Notes: generated by a model from the letters alone, not told the origin. DNA of 64,000 bases from Lama guanicoe (GCA_013239625.1 MU053379.1:692490-756489), one strand, 5' to 3'; positions 23,001 through 35,984 are shown, numbered from the stretch's first letter. Numbers and translations: made by a program.

Positions 23001-26000
23001 ACGAGTTTTTCATTTAGGTTGTTTTGACTCTTACAAATTAACACTCAAAATATCGCCCCCTCCACCATGAAAAGAATCCACCTGCATTTCCACCCCAGGT
23101 TGCTTTCTTGCCTCCAGAAATAGTCAGCAGTAATTACTGCAGTAAACTAGAATTGAAGTCCTTGCCCTTGGAGGCATTGCTTTACTGCGTAGTATGGTAA
23201 CTGAGGTTCTAGATGATGAGGCATCCATAAAGCTAAATAATATACTATTTTTCAAGGCAGAGAACTACATATTTTACAAATTTGTTTATCCCAAATGTAC
23301 TACTTTACTATGTATGGAGTTAATTTTATATGTTGTTTTATGTTAAATTATTTAAAATCCTCAGTTGCATCAGCCACATTTCATGTGCTCAATATCCTTG
23401 TGTGGTGGTGGCGGCTGCCACGTTGGACAGTGCACATACAGAGCATTTGTATCATCACAGAAAGTTCTGTTGTACAGCACGGCTCTCTGGAACAGCGGGA
23501 CTGAGGATTTAGTAATTCATGGTCAGACTTCAGGGTGGTAGTGTTGGAGCATCTTGGTGTCATTTACACATGGCTGCCTATTTTCCTGTTTTCAGTACAA
23601 TAACTAAGCCAGAAGGACCTACTGTCCAGAGAATAAACTCAGAATTCCAGAGATACGGGGTGCTGGCAGAGTGGAGTTCCGGAGGAGTCTGGGGACCTAA
23701 ATGCTTCTCAGACTAATTCCACTCATTCTTCCTTATTTGAACTTTCAGTGGTGTTTTGGTAGGGAGACAAATTAGATGTCTTTGCTTAGCTCCTCATCTT
23801 GACGCAGTACCTATGTGGCTCTTAAACCTTATATGTAAAAATGTGCCTGAAGCACTTGTCACTCTTACTTGTTTATTGTCTTAACATTATTGCTCAGAAG
23901 CACTGGTTGTAGTAGCCAAAAGCCTAAATATTTTGTAGTTAGTAATTTTCTGTTTCTCTTGGCCCTTGTGCAAGGCATGGTATAAATAAAGGATAATTGT
24001 GAACTCATTTTTAAACTCCCCAACTTCGTAAGAGGTAATAGGTTGAGAAAGGAACTAATTAATGCTTGTTTTCTGCCAGGTGTTTGTAAATTTGAAGTTG
24101 AATTTGTCTGTTCTGCAATATCCTACTTTCAAATATTTCAGACTCCCTTAGCTTAGGGAAGTAATTTTTAAAAAGTAATAATTTTCTGAGGTAAGACAAT
24201 ATAGTTTTCATTCCTGTTTTCTCCAAAGTGTAGTTGTCATCAGTTATGGCGCCAAAGTTCTGTGTCCTACTTGAGTTTAGTAGTGTAGACATAGACCACT
24301 GTTTCTGGTAGGATGGTGTAGGATGGCCTGATGTAAGCCATCACATTTTGTTTTTGGACTGGTTCAGTTTTCTCCAGTAATTGAAACTTGATGCTTCTTT
24401 CAAAGATTACCACACTTATGCCTAAATGGAGAGAGTTGATGTTTTAAGTGTGTTCTGTCTTCTACAGCGTTAAAATACCCAGTGTTTCATATTCTTTGTG
24501 GCTTTTACTTCCCCCTTTGTGAGTAGTAACGTTATTTAAAGAAGCTTACACTGATTGTATGTTGTGTATAAAGGCAGTGCCTCGATGTGTTCATTTAGTC
24601 TCTGAATCAGTGTTTGATAAAAGCTGTGCCAGAGGAGAATCAGCTTTGAGATCCATTATGCTTCATGAACAAGTTAAAACTAGTCATCAAGTGAGTCAGG
24701 TAAAATACAGTGAAGGAATCACTTAACAGCAGCTATTTTTACATGGGGTGGAGTTCTAAGAGCAACTGTTATTCTCCAGTGGTCACTGATACAGAACAGA
24801 GAGAAACTGAGTTGTGGATAACATATCTTTTTAAGGTAATCAGAAGCTCCTGTTGTAATAGCAGTCTATTTTTGCTGTCAAGATTTTCTTTCACAGCTGT
24901 GCAGCAAATTTTGGTCCTGTTTCAGAGTATCCTTTAATTGACTTTATTATTAAAACTTCGCAGTTGAATGTAAATATAACTTTTTAGAAATAAATTTAGA
25001 ATTGAAACTAAATTTGGTTTTGCTTTAAAAAATAAACTAAATTTCTGGAGAGCTAAGCAGTTAATTTGTTAGTAATTAAGTAATTCAGTAATTTAGAGAT
25101 TTGTTAGTAATTTGTTAGTAATTCAGTATTTTAGAGAAATACTGAAAACTGGGACTTACGGAAGAGGTTCCTTTTCTTATTAGGTAAAAGCACGGTGAAC
25201 AGATGATTCTGTATATCGGTGTTACAACTGTTTTTCTTTTAAGACTCATCATAATATCTCTTTGTGATAACAAATCCACCGAATTTGATACTCTCATAGG
25301 AATCCTTAACCATCATCATAGATGAACTATATTTCAATATAGCTGACTTCTTTTGTAATGCTGTATATTTTATTTTGTTTGAAATATCATTTTGAGAAAG
25401 GACCCATAGGCTTTATCAGGAGTCTGTGGCCCAAAAAATGCTTTGACTTTGGGCCTGTTAGTTTTTGTAAAGTACTCTTATCACTACTGCTTCATTACAA
25501 AAATTAAGCCTGTAGGCAAAAGCAAAATAACAGTGAGCTAAGATTTTATTATATTTCTTGAAATTTTAGAGCAACAGTGTAGTGATCTTCACCTGGAGCT
25601 TTTTGGAAATGCAGAACCTCAGATTCTACCCTGGGTATTCTGAATCAGAATTGCAAAATCTGCATTTTAACAAGATCCCCAGGTGATAATACTGATCAAG
25701 TGCAGTCCCCTAAATAAACCAGTTGAAGGAACTCATTTACTTGGACATGTTAAATGATCTGCCCAAGGTGGCATGGCTGGCTGGTGGAGAAGCTTGGGTG
25801 GAGCTTTTGCTCTCATGATTCTGGTGCTTTAATTTCAAATTGTCTTCTTTTGGCCTCTAAAATGTCAATAAATTGTAGTTACTTAAGGATTGTTTTGCTT
25901 TTTTTCCATCCCACTAGTCTTTACCCCAGCTTTCCAGTTCACCCCCCAGAATCAAAGGTAGAAGAGCCCTGCTGGTGCCTGTGAGCCAGTGTGGCAGGGA

Positions 26001-29000
26001 GGGAGGCAGCCGGCCAGGCTGATGCAGCGGTCTCCCCTGCCTTCTCAGTCTGCCCTCAACTTGATAAAAATCATTGTCAGGAATCTAGGGACCAGTTGTT
26101 TAATCTTCCATGTCAAGTATATTCCCAGTTATGTACTCGGTAAACCAAGGTCTAACAAATTTAAGTGTATTTTATTCATTTCAGTTGAATGTAGTATACA
26201 TGTTACCTGTGGATTTTGTATTACTTTCAAGGGCAAAATTGAGTATTATACTGTTACTAGTCATAAAAAACTGTACTTCTTTAACGTCAAATCCTCTAAA
26301 GCCATCATCCTGGGAAGATTAGAGCAAGTGAGCGTCTGGTGGTGGTTCCTCAGCTTCCTGATCACTAGAACAAGAACTTCATTCTGACGCCTTCCTTCCG
26401 CCTTCCCTTTCCCAGCCAGTGGTCGTCGGGTGCAGTTGATCGTTACCTTCACAGAACCGTTCCGCCCTCCGCCTGTGCCGTTCCCACTGCCCTAGTGATT
26501 CCCTTTGGAACTCCCTGTGGTAGCTATTCTAAATCGTTGCCCTTCCCCTTCCTATTTTAGAGGAATGAAGGTATGTTCTTTCCTAAGACTGACTTCCCTA
26601 CCTGTGCCCTGGGTCTTGTCAGTCTCTTTAGAGTTCTGTCTCTATTGGCTGTGAGTGATTATGAGTGTCCTCTGGAGCCAAATTGCCTGAGTTCAGACCT
26701 CACTTCTGTCAGTTTCTGTGTGATCTTGGCCAAGTTATTTAATCTTTTTATGCCTCAATTTCCCCATCTGTAGGGTGCAAATAATAATAGTAGCTGTCTC
26801 AGAATTGTGATTTAGAAGTGTCTGACAGTAGAAGTACTCCATGTATTTTCCTTTTTCTTTAGGGCTGTGGCTTTCTTTCTCTTGTTCCTTCAAGCCCTTA
26901 AACTTTGAGTGTGGTCACATCTCCCCAGTTGGAGACAAATTCCATGAAGTCAGCATTCAGTCTTTCTCCTTTCCCTTCGCCATTAACTACTGTTTGCTCT
27001 GCCTCAGTCCCCTGGGTACCCCTGGCCCGTTACCCTGGACTTTATACCTCCAGTCTCCGGAAATGCGCAGGGGCCCAGTTGTCAAGCCCAATGGTTTGTT
27101 TTAAGTCATTCTCAAGTTTTGTGGTTTCTGGTAAATTGACGAACTCTCTCCTGAAAATGTTCTCCCTTGACGTCTAACATGCTGCTTTCTCCCTCATTAC
27201 TTTTTCTTCTTAGCTTTCTGATTATTTCTTCTTCGTTCCCCTCAACTTGTTTTTCTTTTGCTGCTTGATGTTGACATGTCCCCTTGGTATTGACTTTAGT
27301 CCAAAATACCTGTTAGGTGAGGCCTTCCTGTTAGATTCATGCTCATGTTTCCTTTTGCTAAGTGGCCTTCTCCACCTAGATATCCTCCTGCACATTCTTC
27401 AAAATTAACATGTTCAAACTGTGCCCTTCCTCCCCCTTCTGTTTCTATATCACAGTCTTTCTAGTCACCAGTCTGGAGTGTCCAGGGTCGTCTTTGGTGA
27501 TATTCCTTCACGTTTCACTCAGCTGTGTTGATGCGGCTTTAAAATGTCCTTGGATGTTTTTGTTTTTGTTTTCAACTCCACTGCGGTAGTTCAGATCTTT
27601 CTCTGGATACTTGTGGTTGTCTCAGCAGTGGTCTTCCTGCTTCCATTCTCTTTGCCAGTTTCTGCTTCAGAGTCTTCAGTGTTAATTTCCTCAGGTATAA
27701 ATGTCTGTAGTAGTCCCTTCATCAGAAACTTCCATAGACATCATTTCTGCTAGATAAAAGCCCAGATTTATCCTTAGTGAGGTTTTTAAGGTGCCTGTAA
27801 GTTACAGCTAGATTTGGCTGAGATTAGCTGTGTTATAATTGTAGAATACACATTTACTTTCTGTTTTCAATTACTGGTTTTGACACAACATTGTAAAATG
27901 ACTATAACTCAATAAAAAATGTTAAAAATAAAACATTACACTAGTGCATAGCGTATAAGTGCCTTATACAAACTAAATGCTCAGTAAATACTAGTTTTCG
28001 TGAAAAAAAATTACTGGTACATAATTGAATCCAATTTCTAAGTCAGAATTTAGATTGCTGTTTGAAATACTTCACTTAGATATTAACGGATACATTCAAA
28101 TATTAATTGTTTGGATATAAGGTTTCAAATGTTGCCTTCATGCTTTTAAAAGATGAGTTTGTCAAAAGTGATTCACAAATAAACATTATAGACTAGGGAG
28201 TTAAGAGGAATTGGGGTATTTTTTGTCACTTTGAACATTTTATTTGTCTCTATTCAAAAAATCAAAATAAAGATTCTTAACTTGCTTGACATTGGTAACT
28301 ATGAAGATCAGAGCAACACTACTCCAAAAGCAGTAAAAGAAGGTTTAACAGAGGGCCTTTTAAAAGTAGGAAAGTGGTAAGGTGGTTTTCTAGTCTTAAT
28401 TTTCTGTATCTGCCACTTAATTTGGAGTGAAATTTTCATTTGTAAACAAAATGTGGATTAGATTAGATAGGACTGAAGCCGGTTATGATTAGGTGTGAAT
28501 TAGATGGGGTTGAGGTGTATTACAGCTCTTTTAATGAGTGAGATGGTTAAATGGCCCAGTACCTTCATACTCAGTAACTGCTAGGATCTTAGTGTATTTT
28601 CGTATCAAGAATTTTACATACATTTTTAAGTAACAGCTTTATTGAGATACAGTTCACATACCATAAAGTACAGTTCACTGGTTTTCAGTGTATTTCCAGA
28701 GCTGTGCATCCATCACCAATGTCAGATTCCAGAACATTTCATCACTCCAGAGAGAAGCCCTGTACTCATTAGGGCTCACTCCATTCCCTCTCCTCTTAGC
28801 CACTGGAAACCCTGATCTACTTGTCTGTGGATTTGCCTGTTTTGAATATTTCATGGAATCGTGAGAGATGTGGTCTTTTATGTCTGGCTCTTTGACTTAG
28901 CATAGTGTTTTTCAAGGTTCACCGGTATTGTAGCGTGTATCAGTAGTACCTCATTGTGTTATTGAATGTATTCCATTGTATGGATATGCCACATTTTGTT

Positions 29001-32000
29001 TATCCATTCATCAGCTGATAGACGCTTGAGTCACTTCTACTCTGGCTACTATGAATGCTGCCACTGAACTTTCATGTACAGGTTTTGTGTGAACATGCCT
29101 CATTTCTCCTCATTTCTCAGTGGCATTGTTAAGTGCTAACTCCCCGTTTGATTTTTTGAGGAACTGCGCAACTGTTTACTGAAGCAGCTGTACCATTTTG
29201 CAGTTCTTTTAACAGTGTGTAAGGGTTCTAGTTTCTCAACAGCCTCACCAATTTGTTACTGTTGTCTTTTTTGTTAACAGCCACCCTAGTGGGTATGAAG
29301 TGGTTTTTTATTGTGGTTTGATACACAGTTCCCTAATGACTAATGATGTTGATTTTCCCCAGGTTCTTGTGTTGACATTTTAAAAATCTTTAGAGAAATA
29401 TCTATTCAAATCCTTGCCCATTTTAAAATTGTGTTGTCTTTTGTATTGTTGTTATGAGGATTCTTTATATATTCTAGATAGAAGTTTCTTACTGGATATA
29501 TGATTTGCAAATATTATCTCCCAGTGTGTGGGTTACTTTTTTATTGCACATGCATTTTAATTTCTTAATCAAATAACTCGACATTAATTTGGGGCATCAT
29601 TAATATTTTGGCATTGTTTAGTATTTAAATTCTATTAAATTTATAATTAGAAAAGCTAACATGCAAACCAAAGTAGTTATTAATACATTAACAAAAATTA
29701 TGGGCATAGTAAAGTTTATGTAAACAGCACATTCCTTAAAGAAGATGAAAAGATCGAAAACTGGTTTTTAGATCTTTGGTTATCAGGCTGTATAACTGCT
29801 TCCTCATTTCAGAATAGCAGGTTATAACATGGTAACAGGTTATTTTTTCTGGTTGGTATAACCCTAAAGTAAACTATCCTCTTTGTTATAGTAAATATCT
29901 TATTTATTTTTAATTGAGATATAGTTGACATACAACATTATGTAAGCTTAAGGTTATAGGGTGTTGATTTTTGATACATTTGTATATTGCAATATTACCG
30001 CCATAGGTTAGCAGTCACCTCTGTCACAACACATAATTATCATTTCTTTTTTTGTGGTGGGAACAATTAAGAGCTAGTCTCCTTGCAGTCTTATTTATTC
30101 TAATTTTAATTTAAAACTTGGAGATTTTATAAGTGAAATTTTAAAGGTATGTGACTAATACATTATTGGATGTTAATCACATAATTTTGACATGTGAGTA
30201 GAACAAAGACCTTTTAATTCTTCTGTTAGAGCAAGATAAGCTGTGAGAGTGGAATTTTCCCAGCCCAGCCACTCTGACCGTCTATTATGTGTTGTAAAAA
30301 GCATTCTGGGTTTATTAACACTCAAACTGGGGAGATGACCACCCCCATCAGGACGCTGAGTAAACCTTTATGAGAAGAAATAATCCAGCAGCCAGGAAAC
30401 ACTGTTTTCCTGGTATTGGGGTTAGAGGGGCTGCTGTAGCTGAATCTTCCCTTACTCCCACGTGATGGTGATTAATGGCTTACATACGTAATCTTTTTAG
30501 AAGTTAAATGACTGAAATCAGTGTTTGTAGCTCAGATTTTCTAGTTTTCTTGTTAGATGAAAAATACACCTTTAACAATTTTAAGTGTATGCCAGTCTAT
30601 AACCAAAAGTTACATCGTGTTTTATATTTGGCATGATAAATATCGAAGCCTCCTTCTGATTTTTTTTCCCTCATTCTAGGCCTCAGGAGTGCAAGTTGCT
30701 GATGAAGTATGTCGCATTTTTTATGACATGAAAGTTCGGAAATGTTCTACACCAGAAGAAATCAAGAAAAGAAAGAAGGCTGTCATTTTTTGTCTCAGTG
30801 CAGACAAAAAGTGCATCATTGTAGAAGAAGGCAAAGAGATCTTGGTTGGAGATGTTGGTGTAACCATAACCGATCCTTTCAAGCATTTTGTGGGAATGCT
30901 TCCTGAGAAAGATTGTCGCTATGCTTTGTATGATGCAAGCTTTGAAACCAAGGAATCCAGAAAAGAGGAGTTGATGTTTTTTTTGTGGTAAGCATTGTTA
31001 GAAATATTGAGCCTCTAAAACTCAGAGTTCATCTCTTACTGTCAGCACCTCACCAAAGTCTTCTCCCAGATGCCCTGCCAGGAGCTGGCCTCCCACTTGA
31101 CTTGTGTGTCTGTGGTTTGCTGCTTTTGAAGTTGTTATCATTGCCTCCAGCTGTAGTTGCTCTGTGTTCACTGTCCAGTAGGGTAGCCACTAGCTACTTG
31201 TGGCTGTTAAAATTAAATAAAATTTAAAATTCAGTTTCTTAGTTGAATTACCACATTTTAAATGCTCAGCAGCCACATGTGACTAGTGGCTCCCTTATTA
31301 GGTAGCACAGATGTAGAACATTTCCGTCATTTCAGAAAGCCCTGTTGAACAGCGTTGCTCTAAATAATGAAAAAAAGTGCTATAAAGTGGTGGCCTTTTT
31401 CTTGAAAGGCTATTTAAGTTAGTTATTAAAGTAAATTCATATTTGAGCTTAAGCTTGCCTTTAAAGTCACACCTATATTCCTTGTTTAATTGTATTATAG
31501 TGCATTCCTTGATAGGGAATTCATAATACAGTGAGAATGTTCTCTAGCTTCCATGAGGAATGGGGGAAGTGGTAACAGTCTCTGATTTGAGGCGAGTGAG
31601 ACTTTGGCCTGAGCCGGGGGGCAAGGCAAGGAGGGGCTTCGCTCTCAGCTGTGTGCCACCAGTAACTTGGGATGTAGGGCTTGGCAGTCAAAAGAATTCT
31701 GGTTTCAAGGAATGTAACTCTGGACCGCGCCTCGGTCCATTTCAGAAGCCCTTGCTGCTCCTGCTGAAACCAGGATGCTGTGAGGTTGGAGATGTGAGGT
31801 CAGGGCAGGTATTGGGCGCTTGCTGTTGAGCAGCCTGGTGGCCACGGACATAAGTGCATAAAGATGATAGTGAGACTTCAGCCGAGCATGTTGGATGAAG
31901 GTGCACTCGTTAAACTCCTTTCTGCCACATGCCAGGTATTGTGTCAGGCCTGGGAAAATAACTGTGAAGAAGACAGGTCAAGCCCTGCCCTTCTGGGATT

Positions 32001-35000
32001 TAGTCTGAGTGGCAGATACGGCAGCTAAAGATTAAGCTTTTAAATTGGTGAATATTTCCTTCATTCACACTGTTTTTTATCCTGGCTTTTTATGCTTTTT
32101 TTCCTACTATGAAAATGATACATCCTTATTAAAGAACATTTGTAAAGTAAGAGTAGAAAGAAGGAAAGGAAATTCAGTGTTCATGCAGTATTTTTACATA
32201 TTAGTTTTTAAAGAAAGCTGAAACCTTATTATAGGAGTTTTTCATAACAGGCTCTGTTTAGGGCTCAAGGAATGGGTCTTAAAGTATTTTAAAGACCTGG
32301 TTAGAGTAAAATCAGAACAGCTAAAGTTTTGGTTTTTTTTTTTCCTGTCCTTGACCTATTTTGCATAAGAAAAGTACCCACTTAACTTTGTAGCTCAGGC
32401 ATCTGCCCAGACCTGAGGTCCTTGTGCCTTGCCTCCCTCCTTGGACCGGAGATTGAGAGGGACACGCACCTGAGAGACAGAGAATGTGCTCTTTCCCTTG
32501 TTCCTCAGAATAGAAACTCTGCCCGCTGTGGGAGGGGTGGGCGAGGCGAGGTCCGTGCCAGTCCGTGGTGGCAGTGGCTGTTGAACATCCTGGAAATAGG
32601 GAAGCTAAATGGAATTATTAAGTGCTTAAAAGTATTTAATTGCACTCCTTTTGCCCTTGGTGTCATAGTGGTGTGGCATGGAGGCAGGCCCGAGGGTGGG
32701 GGGTGTAGTGAGAAAACGCATTCGTAGATGAGCCGCTTCTGTGCATTGTTAGTAGTTCTGTTACTTTTCAGCATTACTGGTGAGGAAAGTGGTAAAGCAT
32801 ATGCTGTGCTTCCAGTGTTCATTAACGGGGCGGGGGGCACTAAAAATTCTGTAAATATAAGAGTAATATTGACAGTTAAGCCAAAATTATTGCTGAATTG
32901 CCATTAACATTAAAGAAAGAAATCCTTGTGACATGTTTGTTACGGTAGTCTGAGGTGGAAGACGGTGCTCACGTGGTCAGAACTGCTGTTGGAGTAGATG
33001 GAGGTGAAGGGGCTGGGGGCGGTGAGAAGGGGGCTTGTACTTTGTGTATAGTACGTTCCTTTTCAGAATACAACCTGAAGCAAAAATTGCTAGCATTTCT
33101 TAATTCTGGGTGGCAGATACTTGATTTACAGATTATTCTCTGTACCTTTCTGTATTTTGAAACTTTTTTCCACCAGAAAATACTAAAAACCTCATATGAA
33201 GATGGTTGTTAGCCTGAACTCAAGCCTTTATTGATACAAATGAAAAAAATTATTTTAAAGAAAATACTTGGGTAACATGGTGAATCATCCAGTGTTGTTC
33301 TTTTATTGTAGCCCCATTAACTGATCAGTGGTCCTCAGCTTTTTTCTCATCTTGGTCACCCTGAGTTATTCTCCGTATGCCTGTCTGCAGCAGTCACTCT
33401 CCGAGTAGGTGGAGAAAAGAAAAAATTGTGTAGAGAAACTCTCCCAGGAGACTCTGGGGATCCTCCCCCATCCCTGATGCACATGTTCAAAACGATGTAA
33501 ATTGTACTTTTCCTAAACTAGTTTTCTCATTTTTGGTACCTCTATCCAGGGCACCAGAACTAGCACCTCTGAAAAGCAAAATGATCTATGCAAGCTCCAA
33601 GGATGCAATCAAAAAGAAATTTCAAGGTATGGTTTGGTTTACTTCCAGGTATTTAGAGGTGTGGTGAACCCCTGGAGTGGGGGCCATCTTTTCTGAGGAG
33701 CACCTTCCTCTCCTTGGAGAGTCTTGGCCACAGAGAAGGGAAGCGCTGCCTTTTTACAGGAAAAAACTCGGAAGGTTGAACCCAGCTTACAGCATCTCTG
33801 CCTTGTGCCGATCACTCTGGGTCTGAAAAGGCCATATTAATAACCCCATTCTCTCGACATTTGTGTGCGTATCACTTGTTCAGTCTCGTTTTAAACTAGT
33901 TGAGATGCTGCCAAGTTTCTCACATAGCAGGTGGAGACTCACTGGCTGACACTGGTCACACTAAATAATAAATTTGCCGTTGCCTCTGAATGTAGTTGAC
34001 ACAACAAAGTTGCAAAAAGGAAATGGTCATAAATGGGAGGGATGCTCTTATCTTTGGCTTTACTTTGAAATGATATGATTGTAGGTTATTGACTCATCTC
34101 TGTCCAAGGGAAAGTGGCCTCACTTCTTGAGCTGGCCAGTTCTGTTTGACTTGCCACTGGGGACTGGGATCCTGATGAGATGGCCAGAATGGACTTACTG
34201 TTCCAGCAGGAGGGAGTGTTGGTATGATGGAGCACAAGCATGGGGCGAGTGCCTGGAGGCCTGTGCTGAGGGCTGATTAAGTTTGTCATCTAACAGCATG
34301 TGGCCTTGGCCCAAACTGCTTAACTTCCTTGGGCCTGGCTTTTCTCAGCTGTGAATGGGAGATGCGCAGTCAGAGAGGTGGTTGCCCCACCTTCCTGCTG
34401 TGGCTAGCTCCGAACAGCTGGGAGAGTCCAGGTCACAGGGGTTTGGCCCAATGTCGTTTTCATTTTGTTTGTTTTACTGTGACTTGAGTGTTCTGTTCTT
34501 GTAGTAGATCAGGTTTGCCCTAGCTTGTTTTACTTAGGAAAACAGAATTCTCACTTCTTTCCTGAAACCTGCCGCTGCGTCGTTCAGTCCTTGTCAGCGT
34601 CCACTTGTCTTGGTTTGATGTTGGGCCAGCCCCTGGAAGTGCGTCCACCGGTTGGGTACCTGGTGTTTTCACATGACTCCTTAGCCTCAGCGCTTCCCCA
34701 GCGCTCCCGGGAGAGAGTCATTGGGTCCCTGCTCATCCTTGCTCTGCGTCGCCTTTCAGGAAAGGAGCTGTTCCATTCACTTGATCTGCTGGCGTGAAAA
34801 ACCGTCTCCCTGGTGCCTTTTTCCCTAGTGAAACCATCACTGGCTTTCTCCAGTCTAAGTGGCCCAAAAGATGGCCTGCTGTGCTTTCAGCAGCTTAAGA
34901 AATGGTCTTAAAATTATGGAAAGTCAGAAAACAGTGCAGCTGTTTAAAGGAGAGCAGCTGTTTACAGAGAAGCTACTGTATATTATTCCATAATTGAGCT

Positions 35001-35816
35001 CCTTGTGCAGTGTGGTGACGTAATTTTTCTGAGAAAGTAGTCAGCAAAACATGTTACATAGTTTTCATTGTGACAGGTCTCTTAAATGTATTGCATGGTA
35101 CCACAGAGCAGAAGTGACCCCATTTGTAAGTTCTCCATCCCTCAACACAGGCAACCGTATCAGCTGTGCAGTCAAAACATCAAATTCCTGGTTTTACTTC
35201 CATTTCGGAAACCAAGAAGCTTTATTACTAGACCTGCTTTTTAACTTTTTTGTTGAAATACAGTGTATCTGTAGAAGAGCGTCCATGAATTGCTGTAGAA
35301 CTTGAATTTTCACATGCTGAGCATAACGGTGGTTCCCTGATTTGATGGCCTTGGAAGTCTCTCTCCAGCCCCTCCAGTCACACCACTTCCTCTTGCTCCT
35401 TCCTCCACAGGGTAACCAGTGCCCCGGCTTCTAACAGCATAAAGTAGCTTTGGCTGATGAGGTGTTATACAAGTGAAATTATCCAGAACGTGTGCTGTTA
35501 ACGTGGCTGCTTCTCGCTAACATTGGTTTCTGAGAGTCGCTCCTGCTGGTGCGCGTGGTTGCAGGTTTATTCCCGTTGCTGGGTGGTTTGTATATGCCAC
35601 AGCTTCTCTACCCTTGTGTGAACTGGTCTTTTAAAATTATGTGACGTGTTAGAGAAATAGGTAAGCTACTGCCTGAATTCTAAATAGGATTGTTTTTCCT
35701 CCCTAGGGATAAAACACGAATGTCAAGCAAATGGACCAGAAGACCTCAACCGGGCTTGTATTGCGGAAAAGCTAGGTGGATCCTTAATTGTAGCTTTTGA
35801 AGGATGCCCTGTGTAG
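7435..35816 (+). CDS. DSTN: Destrin (actin-depolymerizing factor, ADF/cofilin family), complete spliced CDS of 165 aa: join(7435-7437,30680-30987,33550-33626,35707-35816)
   Basis: Spliced translation [48 protein letters not shown]...[68 protein letters not shown] is recognisable destrin. Exon lengths 3+308+77+110 = 498 nt and all introns are GT-AG. Confidence 0.98.
8361..8370. promoter_or_regulatory. Consensus CArG box (SRF site) CCATTTTTGG in DSTN intron 1
   Basis: Perfect CC(A/T)6GG about 0.9 kb downstream of exon 1, near AP-1 TGAGTCA at 8191-8197. Function is inferred. Confidence 0.45.
11485..11760 (+). mobile_element. Two adjacent L1 3'-end fragments, the second (11581-11760) of artiodactyl L1 type
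   Basis: ctatatagcacagggaac...aatatcttgtaagaacc...actgaatcactttgctgtacacctgaaac...attgtaaatcagctatacttca followed by an A-tail. Confidence 0.75.
13160..13630. mobile_element. MER33/Charlie-like hAT element
   Basis: tgttgtccaatagaaataaaatgtgag...tagtagccccatt...actcagcacatctcaattc...cacatgttagtggccacc...ggac. Confidence 0.65.
14380..14620. mobile_element. MIR SINE
   Basis: gtggttaagagcgtgggctc...gaatcttggctttgccacttattaaccgtaggaccttgg...ctgtgcctcagtttc...atagtacctacc. Confidence 0.7.
14965..15800 (-). mobile_element. L2 LINE relic
   Basis: ttcaataaatatttgag...tatatgccaagaact...gggatacagt, followed by purine-rich L2-like body (aggaattttgaattttattc...aagccattgg). Confidence 0.55.
16300..17530 (+). 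mobile_element. L1 relic (ORF2 3' end and 3'UTR, L1M type) interrupted by a SINE
   Basis: [42 protein letters not shown] matches the L1 ORF2 C-terminus; typical 3'UTR motifs follow. Confidence 0.88.
17311..17460 (+). mobile_element. tRNA-derived SINE (Vic-1-like, camelid type)
   Basis: ggggagggtatagctcagtggtagagtgtgtgcttagcatgcacaaggtcctgggttcaatccccagtacctcc plus an A-rich tail. Flanked by a probable TSD aagact(g/a)c. Confidence 0.9.
18530..18850 (-). mobile_element. L1M 3'UTR fragment
   Basis: gataatttacatgaagtgaaattcaccattttt...ccaccacaatcaaaatacagaa...tagaatgtcgtataaatggaatc. Confidence 0.7.
19369..20500. mobile_element. L1 with internal inversion (minus 19369-~20178, plus ~20179-20500)
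   Basis: The minus part translates to [18 protein letters not shown] (ORF2). The plus part gives [25 protein letters not shown] (ORF2 C-terminal Cys-rich region). Confidence 0.85.
19922..20138. mobile_element. Tigger2-family MITE (TcMar; MER8/Tigger2a-like)
   Basis: TIRs cagttgacccttgaacagc ... gttgttcaggaatcaactg with TA target duplication at 19920-19921 and 20139-20140. Confidence 0.88.
25590..25700. mobile_element. MER5A-like fragment
   Basis: cacctggagc...gaaatgcagaacctcag...tgaatcagaat...aatctgcattttaacaagatccccaggtgat. Confidence 0.7.
26650..26840. mobile_element. MIR SINE
   Basis: tctggagccaaattgcctgagttcagacc...tgtgatcttggccaagttatttaatc...tgcctcaatttccccatctgt. Confidence 0.7.
28625..29545 (-). 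mobile_element. L1M (L1MB-like) 3' portion
   Basis: aacagctttattgagatacagttcacatacc...ttccattgtatggatatgccacattttgtttatccattcatcagctgatagac...gatatatgatttgcaaatatt. Confidence 0.85.
29901..30085 (-). mobile_element. L1 3'-end fragment
   Basis: ttttaattgagatatagttgacatacaacattatgtaag...cacataattatcatttc...gtggtgggaacaattaagagcta. Confidence 0.7.
30680..30987 (+). CDS. DSTN: DSTN exon 2 (308 nt)
   Basis: Acceptor tttttttccctcattctag|G, donor TG|gtaagc; encodes [10 protein letters not shown]...EELMFFL(W). Confidence 0.98.
31170..31360. mobile_element. MER3/MER33-like hAT fragment
   Basis: gtagccactagctacttgtggctg...aatgctcagcagccacatgtgactagtggct...agaacatttccgtcatttcagaaag. Confidence 0.75.
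33550..33626 (+). CDS. DSTN: DSTN exon 3 (77 nt)
   Basis: Acceptor cctctatccag|G, donor AAG|gtatgg; encodes (W)[25 protein letters not shown](G). Confidence 0.97.
35707..35816 (+). CDS. DSTN: DSTN exon 4 coding part (110 nt, stop TAG 35814-35816)
   Basis: Acceptor tttttcctccctag|G; encodes (G)[35 protein letters not shown]. Confidence 0.97.
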
Positions 35817-35978
35817 ATCGTCATTCAGTGCCACAAATCGAAAGCTTCTGTGTTTAATGTTCTCCTCTTGCTATATAAGTAAAGCAAATACGTTTAGGCC
35901 GGGGACTCACTGAGGGGGGCTGTCTTGTCATCAGTTAGAGTAAACCCACTATTCTGTGAACATGTGCAGGTGGCCCTA

Positions 35979-35984
35979 AATAAA
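35979..35984 (+). terminator. DSTN proximal polyadenylation signal AATAAA
   Basis: AATAAA about 160 nt after the stop, followed by T/GT-rich sequence (ttttattggtgtg). Confidence 0.6.

Noticed and set aside
30689..30991. 100-aa cofilin-like ORF as a stand-alone gene or processed pseudogene
   Set aside because: It is DSTN exon 2, bounded by canonical splice sites, with the other exons present and in frame.
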